Shown: positions 51,033-60,818, counted from the first letter of the stretch. The stretch is DNA of 64,000 bases from Caldisericia bacterium (GCA_963674785.1 OY771555.1:1024001-1088000); one strand, 5' to 3'. A program made the numbers and translations. The notes: generated from the letters alone by a model not told the origin.

Positions 51033-51070
51033 ATGTCCTTCCTCTCCCTCCGTTATCCCGTACTCCCTCC

Positions 51071-51260
51071 CGTCATTCCGTGCTTGACACAGAATCCAGG
51101 GCATATGTTTTCCCTATGTCTTTCCCGTGAAAACGGGAAACCAGGAAAATGAGAAGCGCATTTTTTCTCTGTTGACATTGCCTCTTCATGTTCAAAATAG
51201 CCCTATAGAAATTCCTGATTCAAGAACAATCCTGGATTCCAGATCAAGTCGGGAATGACG
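51071..51260. repeat. Three REP/RPE-like short palindromic repeats
   Basis: CGTCATTCCGTGCTTGACACAGAATCCAGG (51071-100), GTCTTTCCCGTGAAAACGGGAAACCAGG (51118-145), and an inverted copy at 51231-260. Confidence 0.75.
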
Positions 51261-51354
51261 TGAATGATAAGCGGAATTACTGAGGAAGTAGGTTTTAACT
51301 TTTTATTAGGCTTTTTTCTCTTTGATTGTTCTCCCCCTCATCTACTATTGAAAT

Positions 51355-52509
51355 ATGTTTGGGAAAATAGTCGCAACAATAATATCATTACTCTTACTGG
51401 GCGGAGGGCTTCCAAAGGAAACCATCCCTCAAAAACCAGACGGAAACTGGACATGTTTCCAAGCTGATTGTCAGCACACAGGTTGGATGCCACAGGAATC
51501 TTTGTCTGATCCGACCAAGATAAAGCTTGCTTGGAAAACAGAATCAAAATCAACAAGTGGAAAACCAGTCATCGTAGATGACAAAGTTTATCTTGGAGAT
51601 CTGGAAGGCTTGAAGTGTTATGCGCTAGAGGATGGTGAGATAATTTGGAAAATGGACTACAAGGGGGCAATCTGCAGACAACCAGTGTGGTATGAGGGGA
51701 AGATTTTTGTAAACTCCTGAACAACTTTTAAAATGCTGTGCCTGTCAGGCACAGATGGTGAGATTCTATGGGAGGTTGATAAAGGTGTTCCTGTTTATGA
51801 GCCAACCCTTGCAGATGGTAGGGTCTATGTTGGCGAAAGATGTTATTCATTTGATGGGAATATATTGAGGAGGAATGATAAATTAAATGGTGGACATACT
51901 GGTGAATCTACATGTTTCTATGATGACAAGCTATATCTTGATTTGGATAGATCTCCTGGATGTTTCGATGCAAATACTGGAGAAATTATTTGGGAATATG
52001 AAAAAAGAGGGAATGAAAAGTTTTCAAGTTCGATGGTTGCGGGATTTGGAAAGGTTTTTATAACAGGATATAAAAATACATATTGTTTAGATCATGTGAA
52101 TGGAAACATTGTTTGGGTAGCACCTTTTAGTACAAGGTGGAAAAAAATCCCAGACAAAAGAATAAATGGCGTCTATAACGGTGGTGGGATTGCAATTTCT
52201 GATACAAAGGTAGTTGTTTCTGGTGGTGGCGGAACTGCTTGTATGGACATTGATACAGGAGAGATTCTTTGGGAATCGGATGTGAAGGGGTGTCTCCCCG
52301 TAATTGTTGGAGACGAACATGTTTGGACAGCAATTGGTGGCACATTGAGCTGCCTTTCCCTTGAGACTGGTAAAACAATTATTCAAAAGAAATATTACAC
52401 CAGAGGGACTAATGGGCTTGGTTACTCCCAAGTTGCAGTCGCAAAAGGAAGGGTGTTTGTAAGTAACTGTTGGCAAGGGCAGCTTCACTGTTTTGAGATG
52501 GAAGACTAA
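51355..52509 (+). CDS. Secreted PQQ-like beta-propeller interrupted by an in-frame TGA at 51718-51720 (pseudogene or recoded)
   Basis: Both ORF-track pieces are in frame: ...KIFVNS*TTFKMLCLSGTDGEILW...; WTCFQAD.QHTG N-terminus typical of BamB/PQQ-like proteins. Confidence 0.7.
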
Positions 52510-52541
52510 ATAAATATAGAATATTTATATATTTGGTGGGG

Positions 52542-52569
52542 TTGACAAATCCTGTATCCTATCTAAAAT
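52542..52569 (+). promoter_or_regulatory. Sigma70 promoter of the leader-rsgA transcript
   Basis: TTGACA-16-TAAAAT. Confidence 0.75.
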
Positions 52570-52611
52570 GTTCTCATTGTTGGAAGAATTCTAAGTAAGG
52601 AGGTGTGGTTG

Positions 52612-52692
52612 ATGATTATGACAAGAAGAGATGTAGCGTGGTTTGTTTACGCACCATACCTCTGGGCTAGAAACAACAAGAATAGACATTAA
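52612..52692 (+). CDS. Putative leader peptide (26 aa)
   Basis: TAAGGAGGT SD 7 nt upstream; MIMTRRDVAWFVYAPYLWARNNKNRH. Confidence 0.7.
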   Translation: MIMTRRDVAWFVYAPYLWARNNKNRH

Positions 52693-52826
52693 CCAAAAAG
52701 TCTCATTCTAGCAAATCTGGCTCGGGGGAACCCGGGCAAAATCATTTCAAATACATCCTATTTGTTTTTGTTTGGGTTACACGTACACATTTATCGAATT
52801 TCTGTATGCAAGTAAGGGGGTACCAA

Positions 52827-52901
52827 ATGAGAATAATAAAAATGACACAAGAAACTTTGATCCGAATCGAGAATATGGAAATATGTAGGAGACAAAAATG
52901 A
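52827..52901 (+). CDS. Second short uORF (24 aa) coupled to rsgA
   Basis: TAAGGGGGT SD; MRIIKMTQETLIRIENMEICRRQK; TGA overlaps the rsgA ATG. Confidence 0.45.
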   Translation: MRIIKMTQETLIRIENMEICRRQK

Positions 52902-53947
52902 CAGGTACAGTAACAAGAAAAACTCACGGAATATATACAGTAAAAAATAATGAAGGTGAATTCCTTTGCAGGATAAGCAACAAACTAAGGAAAGATTTGG
53001 TCTACCCAATTGCCAGCAACAGAAGTCTTAGAAAAAGAGTTGTTGAGGTTAGGGATATAAAAAAGATTGACCCTGTTGCGATTGGTGATAATGTGAATTT
53101 CAAACTTGGGGGAGATGAAGAGGGTCGCGGGATGATTGATGAAGTCCTCCCAAGAAGAAACAGCATGAGTAGGCTGGGAGCAGGAAGAAAACCAATTGAA
53201 CAGGTTATAGTTTCCAACATAGACCAAGCTGTGATTGTCGCAAGTGTGACATATCCAAAAACAAATCTTTTCTCAATTGATAGGTATTTGGCAGATGCTG
53301 AAATTTCAGAAATTCCGGCTGTGATCATAGCAACGAAAACAGACCTGCTAGAGGTAGATGACATCAAGAAAGAATATGGAATCTATCAAAGCATTGGTTA
53401 CCCAGTGGTATATACCAGTTCAAAAGATGGCGTAGGAATTGAAGAGGCAAAAGAAGTACTGAGAAATAAAAGGTCTGTCCTTTTGGGTAGGTCTGGTGTT
53501 GGCAAGAGTTCACTCCTGAATGCCATGCAACCTGACTTGGGTCTGAAGGTTCGAGAGGTATACAACAAAACCGGAGAGGGGATGCACACCACAACCCATC
53601 TTGAGATGTTTGAGCTTGAGTTTGGTGGAGAGATTGTTGATACACCAGGTATGAGAGAGTTTGGTGTCTGGCGTGGTCGCGATATGGATTGGGCAACACT
53701 TTTTCCAGAGATGAGACCATTTTTGGGTGGTTGTAAATTCGGAGAGGGGTGCAAACATCTCACCGAACCTGGATGTAAAATAACTGAAGCAGTCTCGGCA
53801 GGACAGATTGCCGTCAGCAGATATAGGAGTTATTGCAAGCTTGCTGGAAATTCCGAAACTGCTGTTCGCAACATCAAAGAAGGTCGAAAGATTGAAACGG
53901 GTCTTATGAGAAGGAACAGAGGAGCTGACCTTGAAAGCGAATACTAG
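52898..53947 (+). CDS. rsgA: Ribosome small subunit-dependent GTPase A
   Basis: AIGDNV, LPRRN, NIDQ, TKTDL, GRSGVGKSS, HTTT, DTPGMREF, CKFGEGC.H..EPGC. Confidence 0.93.
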   Translation: MTGTVTRKTHGIYTVKNNEGEFLCRISNKLRKDLVYPIASNRSLRKRVVEVRDIKKIDPVAIGDNVNFKLGGDEEGRGMIDEVLPRRNSMSRLGAGRKPIEQVIVSNIDQAVIVASVTYPKTNLFSIDRYLADAEISEIPAVIIATKTDLLEVDDIKKEYGIYQSIGYPVVYTSSKDGVGIEEAKEVLRNKRSVLLGRSGVGKSSLLNAMQPDLGLKVREVYNKTGEGMHTTTHLEMFELEFGGEIVDTPGMREFGVWRGRDMDWATLFPEMRPFLGGCKFGEGCKHLTEPGCKITEAVSAGQIAVSRYRSYCKLAGNSETAVRNIKEGRKIETGLMRRNRGADLESEY

Positions 53948-53983
53948 AAACACTCATATTGCCAATAAAAAAGGAGTACAAAA

Positions 53984-54748
53984 ATGAGTATTTATGACCA
54001 CAGAATCGTGGCACAGATATATGACAAAATATATAATGACAACGAAGACATCAACCTTATTTCTGACATCATTGGTGATCACAGATGGAAAATCTTGGAG
54101 CCGATGTGTGGAACGGGAAGGATAATTAAAGAGCTTGCCAGAAAGGGACACAGAGTTTTTGGAATTGAAAAATCGACTGAGATGATTGAGGAGGCAAGAA
54201 AAAACCTTGCAGAAACAAATGCTGAATGGAAGCTTGTTAATAAGTCTGCTCTTGATGGTAGCTGGGGTGAAGAGTATGACCTCATCATCCTTGGTTACGA
54301 TGCTTTGGTGGAACTTGAAACCGCAAGAGAGCAGGAAATGATGTTTGATTTTGCAAAAACATCACTCAAGGATAACGGTCGTATTTTCATTGATACCCTT
54401 GTTTTCAAAGAAGAAGATACTATTCCATACCTTTGTCTGAGTTTTGAAGGCGAGAACGATTATGGGACCAAGGCAATTTGCAGAGTTAGTAATCAGAAAA
54501 ACTTGAAGAATCAGCAGGTGAAAGTTTCTCAGAAACTCATTTCAAAAACCGTTGATGGTCATAGGTTTGATACTGTTTATCAAAGGATTTCACATATCCC
54601 AAGTGCAAGACAGATTAGAAATTGGTTGATCGACAGGAATTTCCAGATTGTTCATACATATGGTGATTATGAGGGAAGAAACTTGGATGATCACCACGAG
54701 AGGGCAATTTTCTGGGCACAAAAGACTGTAAATGATCGCGAAGAGTAG
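53984..54748 (+). CDS. Class I SAM-dependent methyltransferase
   Basis: ILEPMCGTGR, GIEKSTEMI, YGDY. Confidence 0.85.
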   Translation: MSIYDHRIVAQIYDKIYNDNEDINLISDIIGDHRWKILEPMCGTGRIIKELARKGHRVFGIEKSTEMIEEARKNLAETNAEWKLVNKSALDGSWGEEYDLIILGYDALVELETAREQEMMFDFAKTSLKDNGRIFIDTLVFKEEDTIPYLCLSFEGENDYGTKAICRVSNQKNLKNQQVKVSQKLISKTVDGHRFDTVYQRISHIPSARQIRNWLIDRNFQIVHTYGDYEGRNLDDHHERAIFWAQKTVNDREE

Positions 54749-54757
54749 TTAGTTTTT

Positions 54758-54789
54758 TCTGGGTTATCTGGTAAAACAGATAACCCAGA
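54758..54789 (+). terminator. Strong hairpin, probable terminator
   Basis: TCTGGGTTATCTG-GTAAAA-CAGATAACCCAGA, a 13-bp perfect stem with a weak U-tail. Confidence 0.65.
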
Positions 54790-54944
54790 TTCTCATATCC
54801 ATCCAATTCCTTGATAATTTCCTGTCTTTTTGGCTCACTGAGATTGATATTTAAAACACATTTAGCCAAAATAAAATGTTATTTCGTTGAAAGAACATTC
54901 AAAGTTGGGTAGAATGCCTGGACAACTATAAAGAGGTGGTAAAC

Positions 54945-56522
54945 ATGAAAAGAGCATTCAAACTTGCTTTGTTCTCAGTTTTGATTCTTTCACTCGTGCT
55001 TGCAACATTTGTTTTCAATATCCCAGCAGGCACAGAGGCTGAAGAGGGTGTAGAGATATTTGGTGTTGCATCAAACTCCTTTGGGTACTACATTTATGTA
55101 GCAGATTCTAAGCACGACAGAGTTCTCAAGTATGACCTCAATGGAAACTTCCTAAATGACTTTATCAAACATGACCCAAATGGCGATTGCCCAAGCTGGG
55201 ACTATGAAGGTTTGATTGCAGTTTCAGTTTGTAGAGTTACAGATGTTTTTGCTGTCACAGACTACAAATTGAGAAAAGTTTTTACCTTCAATCCAGATTC
55301 AGTTCCACATCATCCAATTGGTGATCCATCCAAGAACGAACTCCTCACACCATGGCATGCATCCGAGACCGAAATCTATGACGACATTGGTAACTATGTT
55401 GTAGATAAAGATGGAAATAAGTTCAACAGGTACGATCCTCCAAGTATTGATTTCGACAAAGCTGCTGTTGAATGCGATGTTTATGGTGTTCTCAGATTCA
55501 CGGTTCCAACTGGGTATGAAAATGAACCAGCCCCAAAGGGAAGTGGTCCAAGTGAATTTGACAGCCCTGAGGGTATTGCTGTTGACAGACGTGGATATAT
55601 TCTTATCGCTGATACGGGTAATAATAGAGTCCAGAAATTCAGAAGAAATGGCGACTATGTAATGGAGTGGGATGGTACCGATGATGGCACAAAATATGAT
55701 AAGCCCGTCTATATCATTCCAGACTTCAATGACGACTCACCAAACAGATACTATATTGTTGACCAGGGCAATAATCGTATTGTCATGACTGACGAATATG
55801 GTGAACTTATTGATGAGTTTGAGCCAAAAGATGAAGATGGCAAACCGCTTGAGCATATGGTCGCTTGTGCAATTGATATGGAGTACAACATTTGGGTAGC
55901 CGATGCAAAGAATGAATGCATCTATAAATATGGCGCATATGAGGGAGACAAAGAATTTGAGCTTATCCTTCAGGTGAACCAGGTTCTTGACCCACCACCA
56001 CTTTTCACTCATGTTACAAGAATCATCATCAAAAAATTCTTTGGCTATGTTGATGAAGCAACTGTTCCAATCAAACCATACGCACAGATCAAGAATTCAA
56101 GAACACTCCTTCCACTCAGATGGGTTGGTGAAAATGCTCTTACTCAGAGCGATCCAGATCATGGTGTAACATATGAATGTGCCGTTGATTGGGATGCAAA
56201 TGAAAGAAAAGCAACCTTCACCCTTCCAGAGATCAAGTTTAGTGACAAACTTACATACAACAAAACTGTTGTTGAGCTTTGGCTTGGAAAACCAACCGCA
56301 AAAATCAACGGTGTCGACACTCCAATTGATAAGAATAACGCAAGTGTTATGCCAGAGATTATTGATGAGAGAATGTTTGTTCCTGTAAGGTTTATTGCTG
56401 AGGCCTTTGGTGCTGAAGTTATCTGGAAAGACAAGAGCGAAATCCCATATACAAAATATGGTGAAGTAATTATCAATATGCCAGATACTCAGAAGGTCAA
56501 AGAGGTCTACGGAATCAAGTAA
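54945..56522 (+). CDS. Secreted NHL-repeat protein with copper-amine-oxidase-N (stalk) domain
   Basis: FDSPEGIAVD..GYILIADTGNNRVQKF; RTLLPLR; RMFVPVRFIAEAFGAEVIW. Confidence 0.85.
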   Translation: MKRAFKLALFSVLILSLVLATFVFNIPAGTEAEEGVEIFGVASNSFGYYIYVADSKHDRVLKYDLNGNFLNDFIKHDPNGDCPSWDYEGLIAVSVCRVTDVFAVTDYKLRKVFTFNPDSVPHHPIGDPSKNELLTPWHASETEIYDDIGNYVVDKDGNKFNRYDPPSIDFDKAAVECDVYGVLRFTVPTGYENEPAPKGSGPSEFDSPEGIAVDRRGYILIADTGNNRVQKFRRNGDYVMEWDGTDDGTKYDKPVYIIPDFNDDSPNRYYIVDQGNNRIVMTDEYGELIDEFEPKDEDGKPLEHMVACAIDMEYNIWVADAKNECIYKYGAYEGDKEFELILQVNQVLDPPPLFTHVTRIIIKKFFGYVDEATVPIKPYAQIKNSRTLLPLRWVGENALTQSDPDHGVTYECAVDWDANERKATFTLPEIKFSDKLTYNKTVVELWLGKPTAKINGVDTPIDKNNASVMPEIIDERMFVPVRFIAEAFGAEVIWKDKSEIPYTKYGEVIINMPDTQKVKEVYGIK

Positions 56523-57161
56523 ATGAAAAAAATCGCAACTGCGATACAAACATGGTTTAGCAATATCTGGGCCAGGGGACGATGGACTGTCATCGTCTCG
56601 CTGGCTCTTGTTTTATTGATTGCTACTGCTGGTCTTTGGTTTCCGGTGAAGTTGAAGTGGAAACTCGTCAGATCGTTTAGGAACTTTTGGCGTGGCGTAA
56701 CTGAAGACTGGGATGACAAGTGGGACACAATCGAAGATATGCTTGGTATAAATGGTGTCGGTGATGGAGCAAAGATCGCTGCTGCCTGTGCTGATTGTGA
56801 TGTGTGTCTCGTTGCTCAGACAAGATTTTTCCATAAGTATAATGTCGCTGATGTAAAAGAGATTATCAGGGAGGGGGGAGTTACGATTCTTGAGGATGTC
56901 CCTCCTCTTTTCATAGATATCCGAACAGAAGAAGATTACATCAAAGGACATATTCCTGAAGCGATAAACATGCCACTTGCTGAACTCAAAACTGACATCT
57001 GGCCAAGTAGGCGTGACACTCCACTTGTTATTATTGGTTATGCTGAAACCGATTATATAGAGCTTGGTAAAGATCTTGTTGATAATTGGTGTTTTTACAA
57101 TGCAGGTTACCTTGTTGGTGGCATGGATGTTTGGGATGGGGAGATAGAATCTTTTGAATAA
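56523..57161 (+). CDS. Membrane-anchored rhodanese-like protein
   Basis: FIDIRTEEDY..GHIPEAINMP, YLVGGMDVW; no active-site Cys. Confidence 0.8.
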   Translation: MKKIATAIQTWFSNIWARGRWTVIVSLALVLLIATAGLWFPVKLKWKLVRSFRNFWRGVTEDWDDKWDTIEDMLGINGVGDGAKIAAACADCDVCLVAQTRFFHKYNVADVKEIIREGGVTILEDVPPLFIDIRTEEDYIKGHIPEAINMPLAELKTDIWPSRRDTPLVIIGYAETDYIELGKDLVDNWCFYNAGYLVGGMDVWDGEIESFE

Positions 57162-57993
57162 TAATTTTGATACACCAAATATTACACAGATAGCACAGTC
57201 TAACAAAAAGGACATTAGAAATAAAAGACTTTTGATCTTTTTTGGTATATTGTTGGCAGCTTTGGTCGTTGTTTTCTCAGTTTACTTAGCCATGAGGGGA
57301 ACGGGAAGCATTTTTTCATCATTTACCTTTTGGGTTTCATCGGTATTTTTTTCCATTAAAAATAACCCACTTGTGTGGTCGATGGGTACTCTTCTTGTTC
57401 TTGTAACCCTGGCATTTATTGTCTTTTTACCAAAACGGAAGACAAAAGATAAAACACCGATGACAACTGCACGAATCGCCGAAATCGGTGTCGTGACGGC
57501 TGCTGTTGCTGTTGTTTATCTTACAACAGCTTGGCTTATCGATGCACTTCTTCCATATATTGGATGTGTCGCGAGAACAATTGCTGTTGCAGTATTTCTT
57601 TCGGGTGTCAGGCACTACAAATGGTGGGAGCTTTTCTTAATAACAACACTTGCTCTTGTGATCACCCTCATCATTATTCCATGCCCAATCAATACGATCG
57701 CAATCCCGATTTCAATGGGGTTTGTTTTGGTGTATGGGCTTTTGAGAAGATATGTCCCAGTCTGGCTTGCAATTTCTTTGGGAACTATTGTTGCATATAT
57801 AGTTATGATTGCATCGATTGCATTTATCAACCCGTCAGAATTCTTGCATAATTTTAAAGCTGCACTTAGGTTCTCAATATTTCTCCCGATTGTAGTTGCG
57901 TTGATTATTATGTGGAGAACTAGTAAGAATAAAGATGTCAGTTGTCAGGGTTGTGACAAGGATTGTGACCATTTCAGTTTAGGAAAGAACTAA
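57154..57993 (+). CDS. Multi-pass membrane protein with C-terminal Cys cluster
   Basis: About 8 TM helices; IIPCP; CQGCDKDCDH. Confidence 0.65.
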   Translation: MNNNFDTPNITQIAQSNKKDIRNKRLLIFFGILLAALVVVFSVYLAMRGTGSIFSSFTFWVSSVFFSIKNNPLVWSMGTLLVLVTLAFIVFLPKRKTKDKTPMTTARIAEIGVVTAAVAVVYLTTAWLIDALLPYIGCVARTIAVAVFLSGVRHYKWWELFLITTLALVITLIIIPCPINTIAIPISMGFVLVYGLLRRYVPVWLAISLGTIVAYIVMIASIAFINPSEFLHNFKAALRFSIFLPIVVALIIMWRTSKNKDVSCQGCDKDCDHFSLGKN

Positions 57994-59463
57994 GTGTTCA
58001 TTCCCATTGACAGAAACAGCTCTGAAACAATTACAGAACAGATAGTCAAAGGGATTAAAAATCTTATTGCTGATGGATATTTAAAAAAAGGCTCAAAACT
58101 ACCTTCGACAAGAGAGCTTGCAAACTCTCTTTCAGTCAACAGAAATACCGTTGTTGCCTCGTACGACTTGCTGATTGACGCAGGTATTATTGAGTCACAG
58201 GTGGGGATGGGCACCGTTGTCGTCAAAAAACTTCCAAGAAGAAAAGTGACCTCAATTGGTCACAGATTTCCTTGGGCAGATTCTTTTGTTGGAAATTCCT
58301 ATCCTGTGATTAACTCCTGGGTTTCTAATGTTATTGATGACTCTGACAAACCAATTTCTTTTCTAAGGGCGTATGGTGGTAATGATGAGCTGAAGAAAGA
58401 GTATATTCGGATTTTAACAAGATTGAGCAGAAATATTGGTTTAAAATCTCTTTCTATGACTTTAAATACTGGATATGTCCCTTTGATTAATGAACTTAAA
58501 AAAAGAATAGCTCTTTCAGGTGTTGATATGCGGGAGCGAAGTTTGATGATAACCCCAGGGGGAACTCCTGCCAATACGCTTGTTTTGTCCCTTCTTGTAA
58601 AACCTGGTTCGGCGGTTGTTATTGAGCGTCCAACATATTTCCAGACAATAAGATGGTTGAGATGGAATAACTGTCGAATAATTGAAGTTCCAATGACAGA
58701 GTATGGGATGGATTTGGAATCTCTTTCAAACGTGCTTAGTAGAGGCGATGTCCAACTTATCTACACACAGCCAAACTGCCATAACCCCACGGGTGTGACC
58801 ACTGATTCAAATCACAAAAAGAAGTTGTTGGAAATTGCAAACGACAAACATGTTCCAATCCTTGAAGATAATTACTTATTTTCACATTCTTTTGTAAACA
58901 ATAGAAACCCTTCTCTGTGTGTTTGGGATAAGTATGGATCTGTTATTTCAACTTCGAGTATTTCAAAGTTTATTGGACAGAGCGCTAGATTGGGTTTTAT
59001 TTCTGCTCCAGAAAGAGTGATTGCCCAATTAGAGCATCTAATGTGTTTTCATTTTGGCCCATCAAATGCACTTGCACAGATGGCACTCTATGAACTGATT
59101 ACGTCAAAGCCATTCTCGAAATCTCTTGAGAGATGGACAAAGAAGATAAACAAATTTAAATCGTTAATGATTGATTCTCTTAAGAAGAATGTCGGAGAGA
59201 TTTGTAATATTTGGACTCCGGATTCTCTTTCGATATGGATTGAGACACCTGGAATTTCTGGTGAGGTTATTGCTGCTAGATGCGCAAAAGAGAACGTCCA
59301 TGTGCTTCAAGGTTCATGTTTTGTACCTGAAAGCCACGGACTCAACGCAATCAGATTATCGCTTACTGAGGTTGAAAGTGAGAAGGACATAATAAAGGGT
59401 GCAAGCGTAATTTCAAAGGCAATCCTTTCTGGGCCAGAATCAATTATGGAAACTGGATTCTAA
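57994..59463 (+). CDS. MocR/GntR PLP-dependent transcriptional regulator
   Basis: KLPSTRELA..L.VNRNTV..Y; HNPTG; ILEDNY; SISK..RLGF. Confidence 0.92.
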   Translation: MFIPIDRNSSETITEQIVKGIKNLIADGYLKKGSKLPSTRELANSLSVNRNTVVASYDLLIDAGIIESQVGMGTVVVKKLPRRKVTSIGHRFPWADSFVGNSYPVINSWVSNVIDDSDKPISFLRAYGGNDELKKEYIRILTRLSRNIGLKSLSMTLNTGYVPLINELKKRIALSGVDMRERSLMITPGGTPANTLVLSLLVKPGSAVVIERPTYFQTIRWLRWNNCRIIEVPMTEYGMDLESLSNVLSRGDVQLIYTQPNCHNPTGVTTDSNHKKKLLEIANDKHVPILEDNYLFSHSFVNNRNPSLCVWDKYGSVISTSSISKFIGQSARLGFISAPERVIAQLEHLMCFHFGPSNALAQMALYELITSKPFSKSLERWTKKINKFKSLMIDSLKKNVGEICNIWTPDSLSIWIETPGISGEVIAARCAKENVHVLQGSCFVPESHGLNAIRLSLTEVESEKDIIKGASVISKAILSGPESIMETGF

Positions 59464-59467
59464 TTTT

Positions 59468-60436
59468 CTAGTGTTCATCCTCAAGGTAGAAAAATAATTT
59501 ATCTGGGAGATTCGGATCGACCGTCATTCCGTCAATTGTTGGGTGAGGAAGCAGTCCTGATGGGGTGTCAATGTAATCAACGAGATAATACGAATCATCC
59601 TTATCTGAGTAACATGGCACTTTTTTGTTCAGAATAGTTTTCCAGCTTGGAGCTGGCATTATTCCTTTTCTCATCTGTAATTCTTTTAGCTCAATCTCTT
59701 CTTTTGCAAATCTAGTTTTTGAATAAGTCTTTGGATCAAGTTCTGCTCTTTCCATCTTTGCATCAACCTCGGTTTTTGATGGTAGAAAAAAGATCGATTT
59801 TCTGATCATATCGAGATTGTATTTGTTGTCTTCCCAGTCTGTTGTTGTCGATTCGCTCATAAGAACAAATCCCATGCTTGCAGCTTTATTTCTCTCTGAC
59901 TCTCTTACATCGAACCAGTATATCCAGATTTCACCAGTGACTTCTATGTCTTCATTTTCTGTTCGAGTATACATGGCAGAGGCGAAGGTTGCCTCGCTAT
60001 GTGTTATATCTTCTTCCCCCGGAAACGGTGTAAAGATTGGGCCATCGAATGTTTCAAGAATGAAATCGGAGCTTGCCATCGTATCATCTTTAATTACCCT
60101 GTCAAAATATAGGATTGCATCAGAATGCCCTTTGAAGTTTACAAGTGAGAACTGAAATCTTGCATATGAAGAATCTTTGTTTACCGAAAGTGCACCATTG
60201 GAATCGAATGAATCTGTGTTAACAGCATAACCTTCTGGGACATGAATTCCGATCGGCCAAATTGATGAATTTTCAGGGATGATAAATCTGTAGTTAAGAT
60301 GATTTGATTTGACAACAGATGAAACCTCTGTGTCATGTGAAACATCTTCTGTTTGATCAGTTTGTTCAATATCTTTTCCACCACATCCAGCAACAAAAAA
60401 TACCCCAATCAACAAAGTGATAATAATTTTTCTCAT
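59468..60436 (-). CDS. Lipoprotein of unknown function
   Basis: Lipobox VAGC. Confidence 0.7.
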   Translation of the reverse strand: MRKIIITLLIGVFFVAGCGGKDIEQTDQTEDVSHDTEVSSVVKSNHLNYRFIIPENSSIWPIGIHVPEGYAVNTDSFDSNGALSVNKDSSYARFQFSLVNFKGHSDAILYFDRVIKDDTMASSDFILETFDGPIFTPFPGEEDITHSEATFASAMYTRTENEDIEVTGEIWIYWFDVRESERNKAASMGFVLMSESTTTDWEDNKYNLDMIRKSIFFLPSKTEVDAKMERAELDPKTYSKTRFAKEEIELKELQMRKGIMPAPSWKTILNKKVPCYSDKDDSYYLVDYIDTPSGLLPHPTIDGMTVDPNLPDKLFFYLEDEH

Positions 60437-60466
60437 GTAAAAATCCTATTTGAAAATTGCCTTTTT

Positions 60467-60808
60467 TCAAGATGTTGTGGATTTATCAAATACCCTTTTG
60501 TTTTTGTATAGTTTATTGGCTATATTTCTTCGTACCCGATAAATTGTTGATTTGGATAGTTTGAGCTTTTGAGCAATCTCCCTTTTCGGTAGCTTTTTCA
60601 TATACCAGAGGTCAACAAACAACTCTTCATGTTTGGTTAGAACCATGAAGAGATCTGAAAAATCAAGGATCTTGTCCTCCAGATAAGAACTTCTTTTCTC
60701 TAATTTGTCTCGGTTGATTTTGATAACTGATTTAGAATTTGCAGATTTTCGTGAGATTAACTCGATGTATCTTTCCATTTTTTCATCTAACCAGGTTGTT
60801 TTTGACAT
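60467..60808 (-). CDS. Sigma-region-4/ArpU-like HTH protein
   Basis: LWY...LPKREIAQKLKLSKSTIYRVRR; start moved to MSKT (GAGGAG RBS). Confidence 0.75.
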   Translation of the reverse strand: MSKTTWLDEKMERYIELISRKSANSKSVIKINRDKLEKRSSYLEDKILDFSDLFMVLTKHEELFVDLWYMKKLPKREIAQKLKLSKSTIYRVRRNIANKLYKNKRVFDKSTTS

Positions 60809-60818
60809 TTCGCTCCTC

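Noticed and set aside
51071-51260. REP-like units as a mini-CRISPR or tRNA
   Set aside because: Mixed orientation, unequal spacing and no cloverleaf
54615-54869. 84-aa - strand ORF crossing the hairpin
   Set aside because: TTG start without SD; overlaps the methyltransferase and the terminator
56613-57215. 200-aa - strand ORF
   Set aside because: Antisense to the rhodanese-like gene, with no RBS or motif support
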